Origin: Clostridia bacterium
Lineage (GTDB): Bacteria; Bacillota; Clostridia; Christensenellales; CAG-138
Assembly (NCBI GenBank): GCA_035561095.1
Contig: DATMYE010000026.1
Location: 7,917-71,916 of the forward strand
Length of the DNA stretch: 64,000 bases
Direction: 5' to 3'
A model generated the notes under the pieces. That model was given only the letters and a program-made list of their open reading frames with translations, was not told the origin of the DNA and searched no databases. The translations under genes and the position numbers were made by a program. This document shows, one piece after another, positions 54,646 through 64,000 of the stretch; the stretch's first letter is position 1, and each line of letters begins with the position of its first letter.

Positions 54646-55917
54646 TCATTCCTCCAGAATCGAAGCACCCTTTTGCAGCTGCGCTGCTGCCCATTCCACA
54701 AACTGCTTTGCCGCGCGAGGCGATCTTCCCCCTGCGCGAATTGCCCACTGCACCGCGCCGCGATCAAGCTCCTCCGGATGCACACGCAGCTTTTTTTCCT
54801 GCGCGATGGCACGGACGATCGCGAGAAACTGCGCCTGATCCGGCGCAAAAAAGTTCACGGTCTGATCAAATCGGTCGTAGAGCGAGAGCTTCTCCTGCTT
54901 GGTGTCCCCCGCGTGCACATCGTCGAGATCTACGCTGCGCTCCGAGAAGGTTTCCTTCACAAGGTGCCTGCGGTTGCTGGTCGCGTAGATGCGGCAGTTA
55001 TCCGGCCGCACGACCACGCCGCCTTCGAGCACAGACTTGAGTGCGGAAAACGCCGCGTCGTCGGTAGCGAACGAGAGATCGTCGAGGAACAGGATGAAGC
55101 GCAGAGGGACTTCCCGCAGACGCTCCATGATCGACGGAAACTGCGGAATTGCGTCCTTCGTGACCTCCACAATGCGCAGACCCTGATTGCGATACTCGTT
55201 GGCAAGCGCTTTGATTGTGCTGCTCTTGCCCGTTCCCCGGTCGCCATAGAGCAGCATGTTTCCGCCGCCTCTGCCGCCCAAGAAATCCTTTGTGTTCGCC
55301 GCGACGAGCCCGCGCTCATATTCATATGATTTCAGGTTGCTCAGGCGGATCGGATCAGGTCGCGGAATGCCAAGCAGTTGATGATCCCAACGGAACGCGC
55401 CGAACCGCGCGAACACGCCGTAGCCGTTTGCGCGATGGAACGCTTCCAGCGCGGACAGAATCGCCTCCGTGTCACCGGAGAACAGCGCATGCTCCGAGCT
55501 GTAGTCCGGCAGGCGGGAAACCAACTCGGACTCCGCGTCACTTCCGCGTGCGAGGATCGTTTTCTTGAGCTCTAGCGTTGAAACGCTTGCTGCTTCGCGA
55601 AGCGCGTCCAAATCGAAAGCCGCTGCTTTGCGCAGCGCAAGATAACCTTCGCTTCTTCCGCCCTGCGCCGCGGCGCGCGTAAACGCGTTGTCGTCGTAGC
55701 GGATGCGCTGTTCGATATGTCCTGCTAGATCGAACGAACCTGTTTGATTCGACAGCTGCTGCAGGAACGCGCCGTAGCTTTCGCAAAAGGCGGATGCGCT
55801 CCCGCCTTGCGCTGCGTTCAGCACGCGCGCAAAGCGGGAAATCGTTTCATCCTGCAGAACCGCACGATAAACCGTCAGGGTATTCAGTTGTAGGCTTACC
55901 GTTTTCAGATCGTTCAA
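54646..55917 (-). CDS. DUF815-type AAA ATPase
   Basis: Walker A YGDRGTGKSS and Walker B ILFLDDL. Confidence 0.8.
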   Translation of the reverse strand: MNDLKTVSLQLNTLTVYRAVLQDETISRFARVLNAAQGGSASAFCESYGAFLQQLSNQTGSFDLAGHIEQRIRYDDNAFTRAAAQGGRSEGYLALRKAAAFDLDALREAASVSTLELKKTILARGSDAESELVSRLPDYSSEHALFSGDTEAILSALEAFHRANGYGVFARFGAFRWDHQLLGIPRPDPIRLSNLKSYEYERGLVAANTKDFLGGRGGGNMLLYGDRGTGKSSTIKALANEYRNQGLRIVEVTKDAIPQFPSIMERLREVPLRFILFLDDLSFATDDAAFSALKSVLEGGVVVRPDNCRIYATSNRRHLVKETFSERSVDLDDVHAGDTKQEKLSLYDRFDQTVNFFAPDQAQFLAIVRAIAQEKKLRVHPEELDRGAVQWAIRAGGRSPRAAKQFVEWAAAQLQKGASILEE

Positions 55918-55941
55918 GGTTCGCTCCTGATTTCCGTGTTC

Positions 55942-56961
<1,020 letters not shown>

Positions 56962-56999
56962 CTATTACGGCATGTGCCGTGGAACTCTGTATTTTTCGA

Positions 57000-57512
57000 T
57001 CAGTCCTGTTTGACCGCCATAACGTGCGCGTTCTCAATCGCTATGGTGCCCGTTCGCACCGTCTCTCGGATGCCGTAGCGCTCCAGCATCTGCTCCAGCC
57101 TTCTGACCTGATCGGAAGAATCTGCGTATTCGATAATCACCATCTCGTGTGACACGTCGATGACTTTCGCGCCGAAAATCTTCGTGATCTGCAGTAGATC
57201 CGAGCGATTTTCGCTGGTGGCATTGACCTTGAGCAGGATGAGCTCGCGGTTGATAAACTCGCCTTCGGTCAGGATCTTGACCTCGATGACGTCGATGAGC
57301 TTGCAAAGCTGCTTTTCGACTTGATCGAAGATCTCCTCGTCGCCGTCCACCACGATGGTCATGCGGGAAATCGCGGGATCGCTCGTGGTACCGACCGCCA
57401 AACTATGGATATTATACGCCCTGCGCGAGAACAAACCAACGACTTTATACAGGATACCCGCGTGGTTTTTCACGAGCACGGACATCGTGAGCTTCATTGA
57501 TTTCGCTTCCAT
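57000..57512 (-). CDS. ilvN: Acetolactate synthase small (regulatory) subunit
   Basis: ACT domain MSVLVKNHAGILYKVVGLFSRRAYNI. The exact start is uncertain. Confidence 0.9.
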   Translation of the reverse strand: MEAKSMKLTMSVLVKNHAGILYKVVGLFSRRAYNIHSLAVGTTSDPAISRMTIVVDGDEEIFDQVEKQLCKLIDVIEVKILTEGEFINRELILLKVNATSENRSDLLQITKIFGAKVIDVSHEMVIIEYADSSDQVRRLEQMLERYGIRETVRTGTIAIENAHVMAVKQD

Positions 57513-57525
57513 AAGCGCTCCTTCC

Positions 57526-58602
57526 TTACGCCGTCTCGATCAGGCGGCAGACGATTTCTCCCATTTTCTGTGTGCCGATGGCTTCCTTGCCCGCCGCGAT
57601 ATCCGCGGTGCGCCAGCCTTCTTCGAGCGCGAGCTGTACCGCGCGTTCGATGGCGTTTGCGGCCTCCTGCTGGTTGAGCGAGTAGCGAAGCAGCATCGCA
57701 CAGGAGAGGATGGTCGCAAGCGGGTTTGCGCTGCCGGTGCCCGCGATGTCCGGAGCGGAGCCGTGGATCGGCTCATACAGACCCAGCGTGCCATCGCCCA
57801 GCGAGGCGGAGGGCAGCATGCCGATCGAACCCGTGATCATGCTCGCTTCATCCGAGAGGATGTCGCCGAACATGTTGCTGGTCACGACGACGTCAAACCG
57901 AGCGGGGTTGCGAACCAGCTGCATCGCGGCGTTGTCGACGAGCATGTCGTCGTAAGCCACATCGGAGTATTCCTTGGCGAGACGGTGCATGGTTTCGCGC
58001 CAGAGGCGGGAGCTTTCCAGTACGTTTGCCTTATCAACGCTCGTGAGCTTGCTGCCACGTTTTCTTGCGGCCTCAAAGCCGATTCTGCCGATGCGCTCGA
58101 CTTCCATCACGGAATACCGCTCGGTGTCGAAGGCTTCTTCCCAGCGCTCGCCTTTACTTCGTCCGCGTTCGCCGAAGTAGATTCCGCCCGTCAACTCGCG
58201 TACCATCAGGATGTCGAGACCGTTTTTGACGATCTCCGCCTTCAGCGGGCAGGCATCTTTGAGCGGATCAAACAAGACCGCAGGACGGAGGTTTGCATAG
58301 AGCCCCAGCGCCGCGCGAATGCCGAGCAAACCTGCTTCGGGACGAAGATGTCCTGGCAGCGTTTCCCATTTCGGGCCGCCGACCGCGCCAAGCAAGACCG
58401 CGCTGCTGGCTTTGCAGACGCGGACGGTCTCTTCCGGCAACGGTACGCCCGTGGCGTCGATGGCGCAGCCGCCCATCAGCACGTCGTGATAGCTCAGCGC
58501 AAAGCCGAATCGCTTTGCCGCAACGTCCAGCGCCTTGATGGCTTCCCCGACGATCTCGGGGCCGATGCCATCTCCGCGAATCACCGCAATATTGTAGTTC
58601 AT
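57526..58602 (-). CDS. leuB: 3-isopropylmalate dehydrogenase
   Basis: [13 protein letters not shown] and [25 protein letters not shown] motifs. Confidence 0.97.
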   Translation of the reverse strand: MNYNIAVIRGDGIGPEIVGEAIKALDVAAKRFGFALSYHDVLMGGCAIDATGVPLPEETVRVCKASSAVLLGAVGGPKWETLPGHLRPEAGLLGIRAALGLYANLRPAVLFDPLKDACPLKAEIVKNGLDILMVRELTGGIYFGERGRSKGERWEEAFDTERYSVMEVERIGRIGFEAARKRGSKLTSVDKANVLESSRLWRETMHRLAKEYSDVAYDDMLVDNAAMQLVRNPARFDVVVTSNMFGDILSDEASMITGSIGMLPSASLGDGTLGLYEPIHGSAPDIAGTGSANPLATILSCAMLLRYSLNQQEAANAIERAVQLALEEGWRTADIAAGKEAIGTQKMGEIVCRLIETA

Positions 58603-58614
58603 ACGCCTTCCCCT

Positions 58615-59106
58615 TTACAGCTGTCCGGCTTTGATGGCGTTCATGAGCCCGCCCGCCGAGATGATTCCCTGAATGAACGGCGGGAAGGGTTCGCCCTGAT
58701 AGCTTTCATTCTTCGTCAGGTTCATGATCACGCCTGTATCGAAATCGACGGTGACCTTGTCGCCTGCGGAAATCTTCTCGCTCGCTTCGGGACACTCGAC
58801 AATCGGAAGGCCGATATTGATTGCATTTCTATAGAAGATGCGCGCAAACGTGCTTGCGATGACGCAGGAGATGCCGCTTTCCTTGATCGCGATGGGTGCG
58901 TGCTCGCGAGAGCTGCCGCAGCCGAAGTTTTTTCCGCCGACCATCACGTCTCCGGGCTGCACGCGCTTGGAGAACTCCTTGTCGATATCTTCCATGCAGT
59001 GCGACGCGAGCTCCTTGTGGTCGGTGGTGTTGAGGTATCGCGCGGGGATGATCACGTCGGTATCGATGTTGTCGCCATATTTGATGGCGTTGCCTGTTGC
59101 CTTCAT
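58615..59106 (-). CDS. leuD: 3-isopropylmalate dehydratase small subunit
   Basis: [25 protein letters not shown]. Start trimmed from 59481 to the ATG at 59106, which overlaps the leuC stop. Confidence 0.95.
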   Translation of the reverse strand: MKATGNAIKYGDNIDTDVIIPARYLNTTDHKELASHCMEDIDKEFSKRVQPGDVMVGGKNFGCGSSREHAPIAIKESGISCVIASTFARIFYRNAINIGLPIVECPEASEKISAGDKVTVDFDTGVIMNLTKNESYQGEPFPPFIQGIISAGGLMNAIKAGQL

Positions 59107-60377
59107 GCTTTGCCTCCTAACACGGATTCGGGGGTAACGAGTTTGCCTGCGATGGCGGACGCCGCGGCGACCGCGGGAGAAGCCAGATAGACTTCCGAGC
59201 CGATGTGCCCCATGCGGCCGACGAAATTGCGGTTGGTGGTTGCTACCGCGCGTTCGCCTTTGGCGAGGATGCCCATGTGCCCGCCGAGGCAAGGTCCGCA
59301 GGTGGGCGTGCTGACCGCGCAGCCTGCGTCGATAAACGTCTTGACGAGGCCTTCTTCCATCGCCTGCAGCATGATCTTCTGCGTGGCGGGGATCACGATG
59401 CAGCGAACGCCTTCGTGTACCTGACGGCCTTCGAAGATCTTGGCCGCCGCGCGGAGGTCTTCGATTCTGCCGTTGGTGCAACTGCCGATGACCGCCTGAT
59501 CGATGGTGATCTCGCCGACTTCGGAGACGGGTTTCGCGTTCTCCGGCAGATGCGGCAGCGAAACGGTCGGTTCGATGGCGGAGAGGTCGATTTCATACGT
59601 CGCGGTGTATTCCGCGTCCGCGTCCGCTTTGTAGACCGTCCAAGGCGCGCAGTTGTGTTCTTTTGCGAACTGCTCGGTCTTCGCGTCGTATTCAAAGATT
59701 CCATTCTTCGCGCCCGCTTCGATGGCCATGTTCGCCATGCAGAGGCGATCCTCCATCGTGAGGCTGGAAAGTCCCTCTCCTGTAAACTCCATGCTCTGGT
59801 AGAGCGCGCCGTCCACGCCGATCATGCCGATGATCTGGAGGATCACGTCCTTGCCGGACACCCACGTTTTGAGCTTGCCCTTGAGCACAAAGCGCATCGC
59901 GGTCGGCACCTTCAGCCAGCAGAGGCCTGTCGCCATACCCGCCGCCATATCCGTGCTGCCGACACCCGTCGAGAATGCGCCGAGTGCGCCGTAAGTGCAG
60001 GTATGCGAGTCCGCGCCGATGATCAGATCGCCGGGTTTGACGAGACCCATCTCCGGCAGCAGCGCGTGCTCGACCCCGACCTTGCCGACGTCGAAGAAGT
60101 TCACGATCTGGTGCTTCTTGGCAAACTCGCGCACGGTTTTGCACTGCTCCGCCGCTTTGATGTCCTTGTTGGGCGTGAAGTGATCCATGACCAGCGCGAT
60201 CTTTTCGCGGTCAAATACTGAGGTAAGCCCCGCTTTTTCGAACTCGACGATCGCGACCGGCGCCGTGATGTCGTTTCCGAGCACAAGATCGACCTTCGCG
60301 CGGATCAGCTGACCTGCGCTGACCTGATCGAGCCCCGCGTGGCTTGCCAGTATCTTTTGTGTCATTGTCATTCCCAT
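59103..60377 (-). CDS. leuC: 3-isopropylmalate dehydratase large subunit
   Basis: Aconitase-family sequence with Fe-S ligand contexts ([16 protein letters not shown]). Confidence 0.97.
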   Translation of the reverse strand: MGMTMTQKILASHAGLDQVSAGQLIRAKVDLVLGNDITAPVAIVEFEKAGLTSVFDREKIALVMDHFTPNKDIKAAEQCKTVREFAKKHQIVNFFDVGKVGVEHALLPEMGLVKPGDLIIGADSHTCTYGALGAFSTGVGSTDMAAGMATGLCWLKVPTAMRFVLKGKLKTWVSGKDVILQIIGMIGVDGALYQSMEFTGEGLSSLTMEDRLCMANMAIEAGAKNGIFEYDAKTEQFAKEHNCAPWTVYKADADAEYTATYEIDLSAIEPTVSLPHLPENAKPVSEVGEITIDQAVIGSCTNGRIEDLRAAAKIFEGRQVHEGVRCIVIPATQKIMLQAMEEGLVKTFIDAGCAVSTPTCGPCLGGHMGILAKGERAVATTNRNFVGRMGHIGSEVYLASPAVAAASAIAGKLVTPESVLGGKA

Positions 60378-60425
60378 AATCTGTTCTCTGCTCCTCCCGC
60401 GTTGTAAGTGTACAACCGTATTTCT

Positions 60426-61958
60426 CTATTGTTCTTCCCGCGACCGCTCGTAGATGAGGTTGTTGATCGCGTTGATGTAGGCTAAAATGCTTGCCTCGAT
60501 GACATCTGTACTCAGGCCGTAGCCCTTTGCCGTCGAGCCTTCGCTGCTGATCTTGACGCTGACTTCGCCCTGTGCGTCACGACCTTCTGTGACCGCGCCG
60601 ATGGAGTATTCCTCCAGCTTGACGGAACGCCCGACGATCTTATTGATCGCGTTGAACGAGGCGTCCACGGGGCCGAATCCGCTCGCTACCTTCTCCACCC
60701 TCGTGCCGTCCGCGCCGATGAGCGCGATGCTGGAGGTCGGCGTGATCGTGTTTCCGGTGTTGATCACGTATCGTTCCAGCGTGAAGCTTCTGGGTATCTC
60801 CTGCGCGAGGATACTGCGTACCAGCGCTTCGATGTCGCGGTCGGATACGGTCTTCTTCCTGTCCGCGAGATCCTTGAACCGCTTGAAGAGTGTGTTGGAA
60901 AGCTCAAAATCGACGCTGTAGCCGAGTTCCTTCACGCGGTCGTTGAACGCGTGTCTGCCGGATTGTTTGCCGAGCACGATCTTGCTCGTGGTAAGCCCGA
61001 CCGACTCCGGCAACATGCTTTCGTACGGCAGATTGCCGGATAACAACCCCTGCGGCAATGTTCCGCTCTCCTGCGCAAAGGCGTTCTCGCCGACGATGGC
61101 CTTGTTCGGCTGAACCTTGATGCCTGTGATTGTGGAAAGCAGCCGGCTGGTCTTATAGATCTGCGCCGTGTCGATGCCCGTGTCCGCGCCGTAGTAGGCG
61201 GAGCGGGATTTGAGCGCCATCACGATCTCTTCCAGCGCCGCGTTTCCTGCGCGCTCGCCGATGCCGTTGATCGTGCACTGCACTTCGTCCGCTCCCGCGA
61301 GAATCGCAGAGAGCGAGTTTGCGACCGCAAGGCCGAGGTCGTTGTGGCAGTGGCTGGAGAACACGACATGTTCTGCGCCCTTGACCGAGCCGCGCAAAGA
61401 GCGGATCAGGTTTCCGTACTCTTCCGGCAGCGCATAGCCGACGGAATCCGGGATGTTGACGACCGTAGCTCCAGCCGCAATCGCGGCTTCCAGCACGCTT
61501 GCTAGATACACAGGATCACTTCTCGTCGCATCCTCTGCCGAGAATTCGACATCCTCGCAGAGGCGTTTTGCATAGCGCACCATCTCGGCGGCCTGTTCCA
61601 GCACTTCCTGACGGGATTTCTTGAGCCTGCTTTCTAAGATCGCATCCGAGGTCGGCAGCAGCAGATGGATGCGCGGATATTTTGCGTGCCGCAGCGCTTC
61701 CCAGGTGTTGTCGATATCCTTCGTGAGCGCGCGGGACATGCTGGTCACCCGCGCCTTGCGGAGCTCCTTTGCGACCGCGCGGACGCTGTTGAAGTCCGCC
61801 TGAGATGCGGCCGCGGTGCCCGCCTCGATCACATGGACGCCGAGAGATTCAAGCTGGCGCGCCATGTCGATCTTTTCCTTCATATTCATACTGCACCCCG
61901 GGGACTGTTCACCATCCCGCAGGGTCGTATCAAACAGCTGTATCTGCCGCATCAGCAA
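60426..61958 (-). CDS. leuA: 2-isopropylmalate synthase
   Basis: [12 protein letters not shown] and [13 protein letters not shown] motifs, plus a C-terminal LeuA dimerisation domain. Confidence 0.95.
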   Translation of the reverse strand: MLMRQIQLFDTTLRDGEQSPGCSMNMKEKIDMARQLESLGVHVIEAGTAAASQADFNSVRAVAKELRKARVTSMSRALTKDIDNTWEALRHAKYPRIHLLLPTSDAILESRLKKSRQEVLEQAAEMVRYAKRLCEDVEFSAEDATRSDPVYLASVLEAAIAAGATVVNIPDSVGYALPEEYGNLIRSLRGSVKGAEHVVFSSHCHNDLGLAVANSLSAILAGADEVQCTINGIGERAGNAALEEIVMALKSRSAYYGADTGIDTAQIYKTSRLLSTITGIKVQPNKAIVGENAFAQESGTLPQGLLSGNLPYESMLPESVGLTTSKIVLGKQSGRHAFNDRVKELGYSVDFELSNTLFKRFKDLADRKKTVSDRDIEALVRSILAQEIPRSFTLERYVINTGNTITPTSSIALIGADGTRVEKVASGFGPVDASFNAINKIVGRSVKLEEYSIGAVTEGRDAQGEVSVKISSEGSTAKGYGLSTDVIEASILAYINAINNLIYERSREEQ

Positions 61959-61976
61959 CCTCGCTTCCCGCGCTGA

Positions 61977-63635
61977 CTATTTGACGACCGCGCCTTCTGA
62001 AGCCGAGGAAACCATGCGCTCATAGCGCGCAAGATAGCCCTTCTTGATCTTCGGTTCCGGCGCTTTCCAGCTTTTTCTGCGCTCGTTGAGTTCTTCTTCG
62101 CTCACGCGGACGTTCAGCGTGCCCGCCGGAATATCGATGTCGATCACGTCGCCATCCTGAATCAGCGCGATGTTGCCGCCGCGCGCCGCTTCCGGCGAAA
62201 CGTGCCCGATCGCGGCTCCGCGGGAAGCTCCCGAAAAACGCCCGTCCGTGATCAGCGCGACCGTGCTGTCAAGCCCCATGCCCGCGATGGCGGATGTCGG
62301 CCCGAGCATTTCGCGCATACCCGGCCCGCCTTTGGGGCCTTCGTAGCGGATGACGACCACGTCGCCCGGCTGAATCTGCATGTCGTAGATCGCCTTGATC
62401 GCCTGCTCCTCGGAGTTGAACACCTTTGCTTTTCCAGTGTGCACCATCATGCTATCCAGAACTGCCGCGCGCTTGACGACGGAGCCGTCGGGCGCGATGT
62501 TGCCTTTGAGGATCTGGATGCCGCCCGTTTTCGAGTACGGCTCCTTGCAGGAGCGGATGACGTTGCTGTTGCGAATTCTCGCGTTTTTCACCGCGTCCGC
62601 CATCGGAACGCCGAGAACGGTCATGGTGGAACCATCATAATAGCCGTTCTGAATCAATTCGTTGACAACCGCCGAAACGCCGCCTGCGTGATAGAGGTCT
62701 TCCACATGATGCGGGCCAGAGGGAGCGAGGCGGCAGAGGTTCGGCACCTTTGCGCTGATCTCGTTGATCAGATCGAGGTTCAGCGTCACGCCCGCTTCCC
62801 GCGCGATGGCGGTCAGGTGCAGTACACTGTTGGTCGAGCAGCCGAGCGCCATATCGACCGCGAGCGCGTTGGCAAACGCGGTCTCGGTCAGAATCTGCGA
62901 CGGACGGATGTCCTTTTTCACCAGTTCCATGATCTGCATACCAGCGTGTTTGGCGAGGCGCAAGCGTTCGGCATAGACCGAAGGAATCGTGCCGTTGCCG
63001 GGTAGCGCCATGCCGATGGCTTCGCTCAGGCACGACATGGAGTTTGCCGTGAACATCCCGGAGCAGGAGCCGCAGCCGGGGCACGCGTTGTTTTCGCAGA
63101 AGTCGAGGTCTTCCTGTGTGGCTTTCCCTGCTTTGAACGCGCCGACCGCTTCAAACACACTGTTGAGGTCGAGGCTTTTGCCGCCGCTTTGATAGGAAAG
63201 CATCGGCCCCGCTGTGACGAAGATCGCGGGCAAATCAAGACGCGCCGCCGCCATCAGCATGCCGGGGATGATCTTGTCGCAGCCGGGCAGGAATACCATG
63301 CCGTCGAAACGGTGCGCCTGCGCCATGATTTCGCATTCGTCCGCGATGATCTCGCGGCTTGCGAGTGAATAATGCATGCCCTCGTGTCCCATCGCGATGC
63401 CGTCGCAGACGCCAATGGTGCCGAATTCGATCGGCGTACCGCCCGCCATGCGGATGCCGGCTTTGACCGCTTCGGAAAGCTGGTCGAGGTTGAAGTGCCC
63501 CGGTACGATCTCGTTTCTGGGGTTCGCGATACCGATCAACGGACGATTGAGTTCCTCGTCCGTATAGCCCATGGCTTTAAACAGGGAGCGGTGCGGCGCG
63601 CGCTCCGCGTTTTTGGTGACTTCATCGCTGCGCAT
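61977..63635 (-). CDS. ilvD: Dihydroxy-acid dehydratase
   Basis: 552 aa with CDKIIPGM and [18 protein letters not shown] motifs. Confidence 0.97.
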   Translation of the reverse strand: MRSDEVTKNAERAPHRSLFKAMGYTDEELNRPLIGIANPRNEIVPGHFNLDQLSEAVKAGIRMAGGTPIEFGTIGVCDGIAMGHEGMHYSLASREIIADECEIMAQAHRFDGMVFLPGCDKIIPGMLMAAARLDLPAIFVTAGPMLSYQSGGKSLDLNSVFEAVGAFKAGKATQEDLDFCENNACPGCGSCSGMFTANSMSCLSEAIGMALPGNGTIPSVYAERLRLAKHAGMQIMELVKKDIRPSQILTETAFANALAVDMALGCSTNSVLHLTAIAREAGVTLNLDLINEISAKVPNLCRLAPSGPHHVEDLYHAGGVSAVVNELIQNGYYDGSTMTVLGVPMADAVKNARIRNSNVIRSCKEPYSKTGGIQILKGNIAPDGSVVKRAAVLDSMMVHTGKAKVFNSEEQAIKAIYDMQIQPGDVVVIRYEGPKGGPGMREMLGPTSAIAGMGLDSTVALITDGRFSGASRGAAIGHVSPEAARGGNIALIQDGDVIDIDIPAGTLNVRVSEEELNERRKSWKAPEPKIKKGYLARYERMVSSASEGAVVK

Positions 63636-63652
63636 AAACTCGTCTTCCCTTC

Positions 63653-64000
63653 TTACTTTTGTTCGGGCGTTTCGTGCTCGTGCAGCACGAACTCCGTGAT
63701 GGGTTTGCCGGGCGCAACCATCGGCGTGATGGTCTCATCGCAGCCGATGCGGCAGTCGATGACCGCAGTCTCTCCCGCTGCCAGCGCCTGCTCAAACGCT
63801 TCGTCAAACTGCTCCAGTGAGCAGACGGTGTATCCCTTGAGACCGTAGGCTTCCGCGAGCTTCGCGAAGTCCGGCCCGCGGTCGAGGTTGGTCTGCGAAT
63901 AGCGCTTGCCGTAGAACACGGTTTGCCACTGGCGCACCATGCCGAGCACGCCGTTGTTCATCACGAGGATGATCACGGGGATACCGTAATGCTGCATGGT
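63653..64000 (-). CDS. ilvB: Acetolactate synthase large subunit, C-terminal fragment (gene continues past the window end)
   Basis: TPP-binding C-terminal region [20 protein letters not shown]. The ORF is open at the window edge. Confidence 0.9.
   Translation of the reverse strand, partial: TMQHYGIPVIILVMNNGVLGMVRQWQTVFYGKRYSQTNLDRGPDFAKLAEAYGLKGYTVCSLEQFDEAFEQALAAGETAVIDCRIGCDETITPMVAPGKPITEFVLHEHETPEQK

Noticed and set aside
57355-59190. 611-aa ORF on the plus strand
   Set aside because: It is antisense to ilvN, leuB and leuD, all of which have strong family signatures.
58615-59481. Long N-terminal extensions in the ORF track (leuD here; also 27673-28743, 2983-3615, 16896-17942, 41672-42538 and 45216-46658)
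   Set aside because: The extensions overlap the upstream gene, are Arg-rich, and are followed by an internal ATG with a proper SD and a family-typical N-terminus. The starts were trimmed accordingly.

Overview
This is a 64-kb chromosomal segment from a high-GC Firmicute. The Clostridia-like assignment rests on gene content, a Cheo-type SOS box and a T-box leader, and is inference only. I call 63 protein-coding genes (one truncated at the right edge), an 8-gene tRNA operon, one valS T-box leader, and a set of sigma-A-type promoters and intrinsic terminators. Most of the content is housekeeping: miaB-ylbF-mutS-mutL-miaA-PLP enzyme; lexA; a Xer-type tyrosine recombinase; rnhA, proC, valS; rluD-lspA-SLT-coaE-polA-pdp; an ABC-F ATPase; glcK, proA; an alpha-galactosidase; a PAS-GGDEF-HD-GYP protein; azlCD; and ilvB(partial)-ilvD-leuA-leuC-leuD-leuB-ilvN-ilvC. 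Four observations are not explained by routine annotation. (1) A Cys-rich, ferredoxin-motif, acidic-tail mini-protein is transcribed divergently from lexA under a shared LexA box. (2) An ORF-free 430-bp gap between convergent genes carries a strong orphan promoter, a long-range helix, an exposed CCUCC motif and 73-nt tandem hairpin repeats with compensatory substitutions, so it is a candidate novel sRNA. (3) A low-GC single-gene islet next to the tRNA operon encodes a small protein with two RNxxxH (HEPN-like) motifs and no partner gene. (4) A perfect 14-6-14 palindrome overlaps the promoter of the XerS-like recombinase. None of these can be confirmed without database or experimental work. Many long ORFs in the six-frame track are antisense artefacts of high GC and were rejected.
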